Position numbers and translations under genes: made by a program. This document shows, piece after piece, positions 61,781-64,000 of a stretch of DNA of 64,000 nt. Every line of letters begins with the position of its first letter. Positions within the stretch are counted from its first letter, which is position 1. The notes below the pieces were generated by a model that ran no database searches, was not told the DNA's origin, and saw only the letters and a list, made by a program, of their open reading frames with translations. The DNA is from Dimorphilus gyrociliatus (Eukaryota > Animalia > Annelida). The stretch covers positions 1,036,156 to 1,100,155 of the forward strand of contig CAJFCJ010000013.1 in the NCBI GenBank assembly GCA_904063045.1. The letters run 5' to 3'.

Positions 61781-61848
61781 TTTCTATGACTTCCGTTTAT
61801 TATCTTTAATTGATACTATAGTTATGAAAAAGATAACACGATATATTA

Positions 61849-63579
61849 TTATCTATAATAACTTCTACTGCTGTTTGTATTCCGAATTGCAGGTAAAGAA
61901 GTTGTTGATCTAAGCCTTGATCGTATTCTCACAGGTTTCTTTCTTGATGATGTGGCTGAACTCCAACCAGATATGATAGCTGGTTGCGGGCTACCGGCTA
62001 GCGAGGGTACTATTCTTACTCTGTTGGAAATAGCCCTAATTAAATCTCTTGTGTGCTTAAGATTGAAAGCTTTTAAGATGGCGCATGTTTCATCTGAAAA
62101 ATTTCCCGAATCAATCCATTCTTCGTAATCTATTACATAATCGTAGGGCGTTAATCCTTTAACATCCTTTATATTGCAGTCAGCTCCCTTTGAAATTAGA
62201 TATGAAGCGGCAAATCGATTGTTCACTTGACAAGCGATATGCAAAGGTGTAACAGCATTATATTCAGCAGCCGCTTCAATTTCGGCTCCACTTTCAACAA
62301 GAACTTCTAAAAGGTCATTGGAATTTGTTACGGATGCAGCGTAATGCAATGCTGTATAGCCACTTCCCTCGTAAATATGATTAGGATCCGCTCCGTATTT
62401 GATAAGTAGTTTAATGGCTCTAATTTTTTCGCTAACTTTTATTTTTTCCGTAATAATTCTTTGAATTAATATTTCTGGCTCTGACCTCTTTAAAAAGAAC
62501 TCTCGCTCTAAGAGCCATTCTGCTGCATTTAAATAGTCATTAGCCAAAGCTAAATGTGGTAAGCTAGGTGGATTTCTATCCTCCTCATCGGCCAACGACT
62601 TCAACATTTCATCTCCGCCCTCAGCCTCCATTAATATCTTTATTAGATCTACTCTCCCCTGCATTGCACAACAATGAATTGGAAGTAACTTTTTATGATT
62701 GCGAACTGTGAGCTTTGCTCCAATTTTAATTAGGCCGTCAACACAATTGACCGCCGATGGTTTTCCTGTATCACCATAGCATTTTACATGCAATGGGGTG
62801 TTACCGTCGAAATCAGTTATATCCGGTTCAGCTCCAGCAGCCGTAAGTACGGAAAGGGTATCGGCATCTTTAGCCCTATGTAGAGCTACAGCTCCCTTAT
62901 AATCCAATAGATTAATGTCTAATCCGACATTTAGCAATTTCCGTATCAGAGATTTTTCGCCGAAATAAGCGGCCGTGTGTAGAAGCGTACTACCATTTAT
63001 AAAACGGCTTCGTAGACTACATAAGCGTTTCTTTCCACTAATATGATCCTCGAAAACTTCGTTTAAAGCTTGCGAATCACCCGACATAATAAGAGGTACA
63101 ATTGTTGAATAGCGCCTATATATTTCTATAAGAGCATCTCTAAATTCGTCGTTTTTGATCGTATCAAAAGCCGTTCTATTCTTTTCATCTTTTAAATGAA
63201 CATCACATCCCCATTCAATTAATAAATGAGCTGTCCTTTGATGTAAGCCCTCAACCGCTGAAAATAGGGGCGATTGACCTAAAAGATTCTGTTGATCTAT
63301 ATTGGCCCCGAACTCTAAGAGAATGCCAACCATTTCTGTATGACCAAGCCTAGCGGCTGTGTGTAAGGGAGTATTTTTTGCAGGACCATCTTTACAGTTT
63401 ATGAAAGATGGAGTACTACGAAAGAACGAGACCATTTTCGTTAAAGTTTCATTATCATTATCCTTAATGGCTTTAAGAAGTATTTTATACCATGTTGAAT
63501 GACTACTAGGGAATACTTGATAAAGAAAGATTGTTCCGGCTCTAAGTTGCTTATTTTTTGATTGTGCCTCAAAGAACAC
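61849..63579 (-). CDS. Ankyrin-repeat protein, terminal exon(s); upstream exons at about 63.6-64 kb run off the window
   Basis: Repeated TPLHxAA/GxTALHYAA motifs (NTPLHTAA, STLLHTAA, NTPLHVKC, YTALHYAA, VTPLHIAC). Confidence 0.9.
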   Translation of the reverse strand: MFFEAQSKNKQLRAGTIFLYQVFPSSHSTWYKILLKAIKDNDNETLTKMVSFFRSTPSFINCKDGPAKNTPLHTAARLGHTEMVGILLEFGANIDQQNLLGQSPLFSAVEGLHQRTAHLLIEWGCDVHLKDEKNRTAFDTIKNDEFRDALIEIYRRYSTIVPLIMSGDSQALNEVFEDHISGKKRLCSLRSRFINGSTLLHTAAYFGEKSLIRKLLNVGLDINLLDYKGAVALHRAKDADTLSVLTAAGAEPDITDFDGNTPLHVKCYGDTGKPSAVNCVDGLIKIGAKLTVRNHKKLLPIHCCAMQGRVDLIKILMEAEGGDEMLKSLADEEDRNPPSLPHLALANDYLNAAEWLLEREFFLKRSEPEILIQRIITEKIKVSEKIRAIKLLIKYGADPNHIYEGSGYTALHYAASVTNSNDLLEVLVESGAEIEAAAEYNAVTPLHIACQVNNRFAASYLISKGADCNIKDVKGLTPYDYVIDYEEWIDSGNFSDETCAILKAFNLKHTRDLIRAISNRVRIVPSLAGSPQPAIISGWSSATSSRKKPVRIRSRLRSTTSLPAIRNTNSSRSYYR

Positions 63580-64000
63580 CTAAAAATAATAGCAGGAATA
63601 AATATATAAATATAGGAGATGTTGTTGTCTTTACTTCGTATTGATCGAAATGTTTAGGATTTATATCGGCTGTACCAGAATGAGAAAGCTTTAATATCTG
63701 TTTAACAACATTATTTGATGAATCTGTAAGAAAATCAAAAACCAATGATTATTAGAGCGAAAAGGAAGATAAGGAAAATTTACTTTTTGTACTGGAAAAA
63801 TTGTCAACAAATTCACCAGAAATAGCGCTATCGTTCTTTTCATCATGCCGATTTAGGTGTATAACACATTTCCGACCTTCCGTAAATGTTTCTCTAGATT
63901 CTAACAAATAAAAGCCACTTCCGTTGGTTAATGTCTAAAAACGGAGGAACACGAATGATCAAGAGCAAATACTATATTATTAAAAAGAAATACTAACCAA

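Overview
AT-rich eukaryotic (animal) DNA from a very compact genome, with GT-AG introns mostly about 50-65 bp and intergenic gaps often under 300 bp. The innexin, TTAGGG-like motifs and gene set point to an invertebrate, probably a spiralian (inference; a miniaturised annelid genome such as Dimorphilus would fit but cannot be confirmed). Bases 1-11.6 kb are a 5S rDNA cluster with 12 full-length genes in mixed orientation. Nine are canonical, two are a second 5S type with up to four compensatory base-pair changes and its own 5' flank, and one is a canonical/variant mosaic. Decayed 5S relics continue to about 25 kb. The spacers carry a ~207-bp Mutator-like MITE with 9-bp TSDs and internal TTAGGG-like motifs, and an empty paralogous site is present in the window. 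From 13 to 24 kb are a THAP gene, a hAT-transposase-derived gene and a Lys-rich protein with a 30-aa repeat and TQT motifs. From 28.1 to 40.3 kb is a large multi-exon ROCO locus, apparently LRR-pseudoRoc-COR...LRR-Roc-COR-TIR-TIR-CaaX, with a CENP-B/Tigger HTH gene nested in its long intron. From 44 to 64 kb is a gene-dense block: BIR/IAP, innexin, SLC46-like MFS, a short atypical guanylate cyclase, NUDT9, FDPS, DNAJC12, METTL15, Caprin-1, serine dehydratase and the 3' end of an ankyrin-repeat gene.
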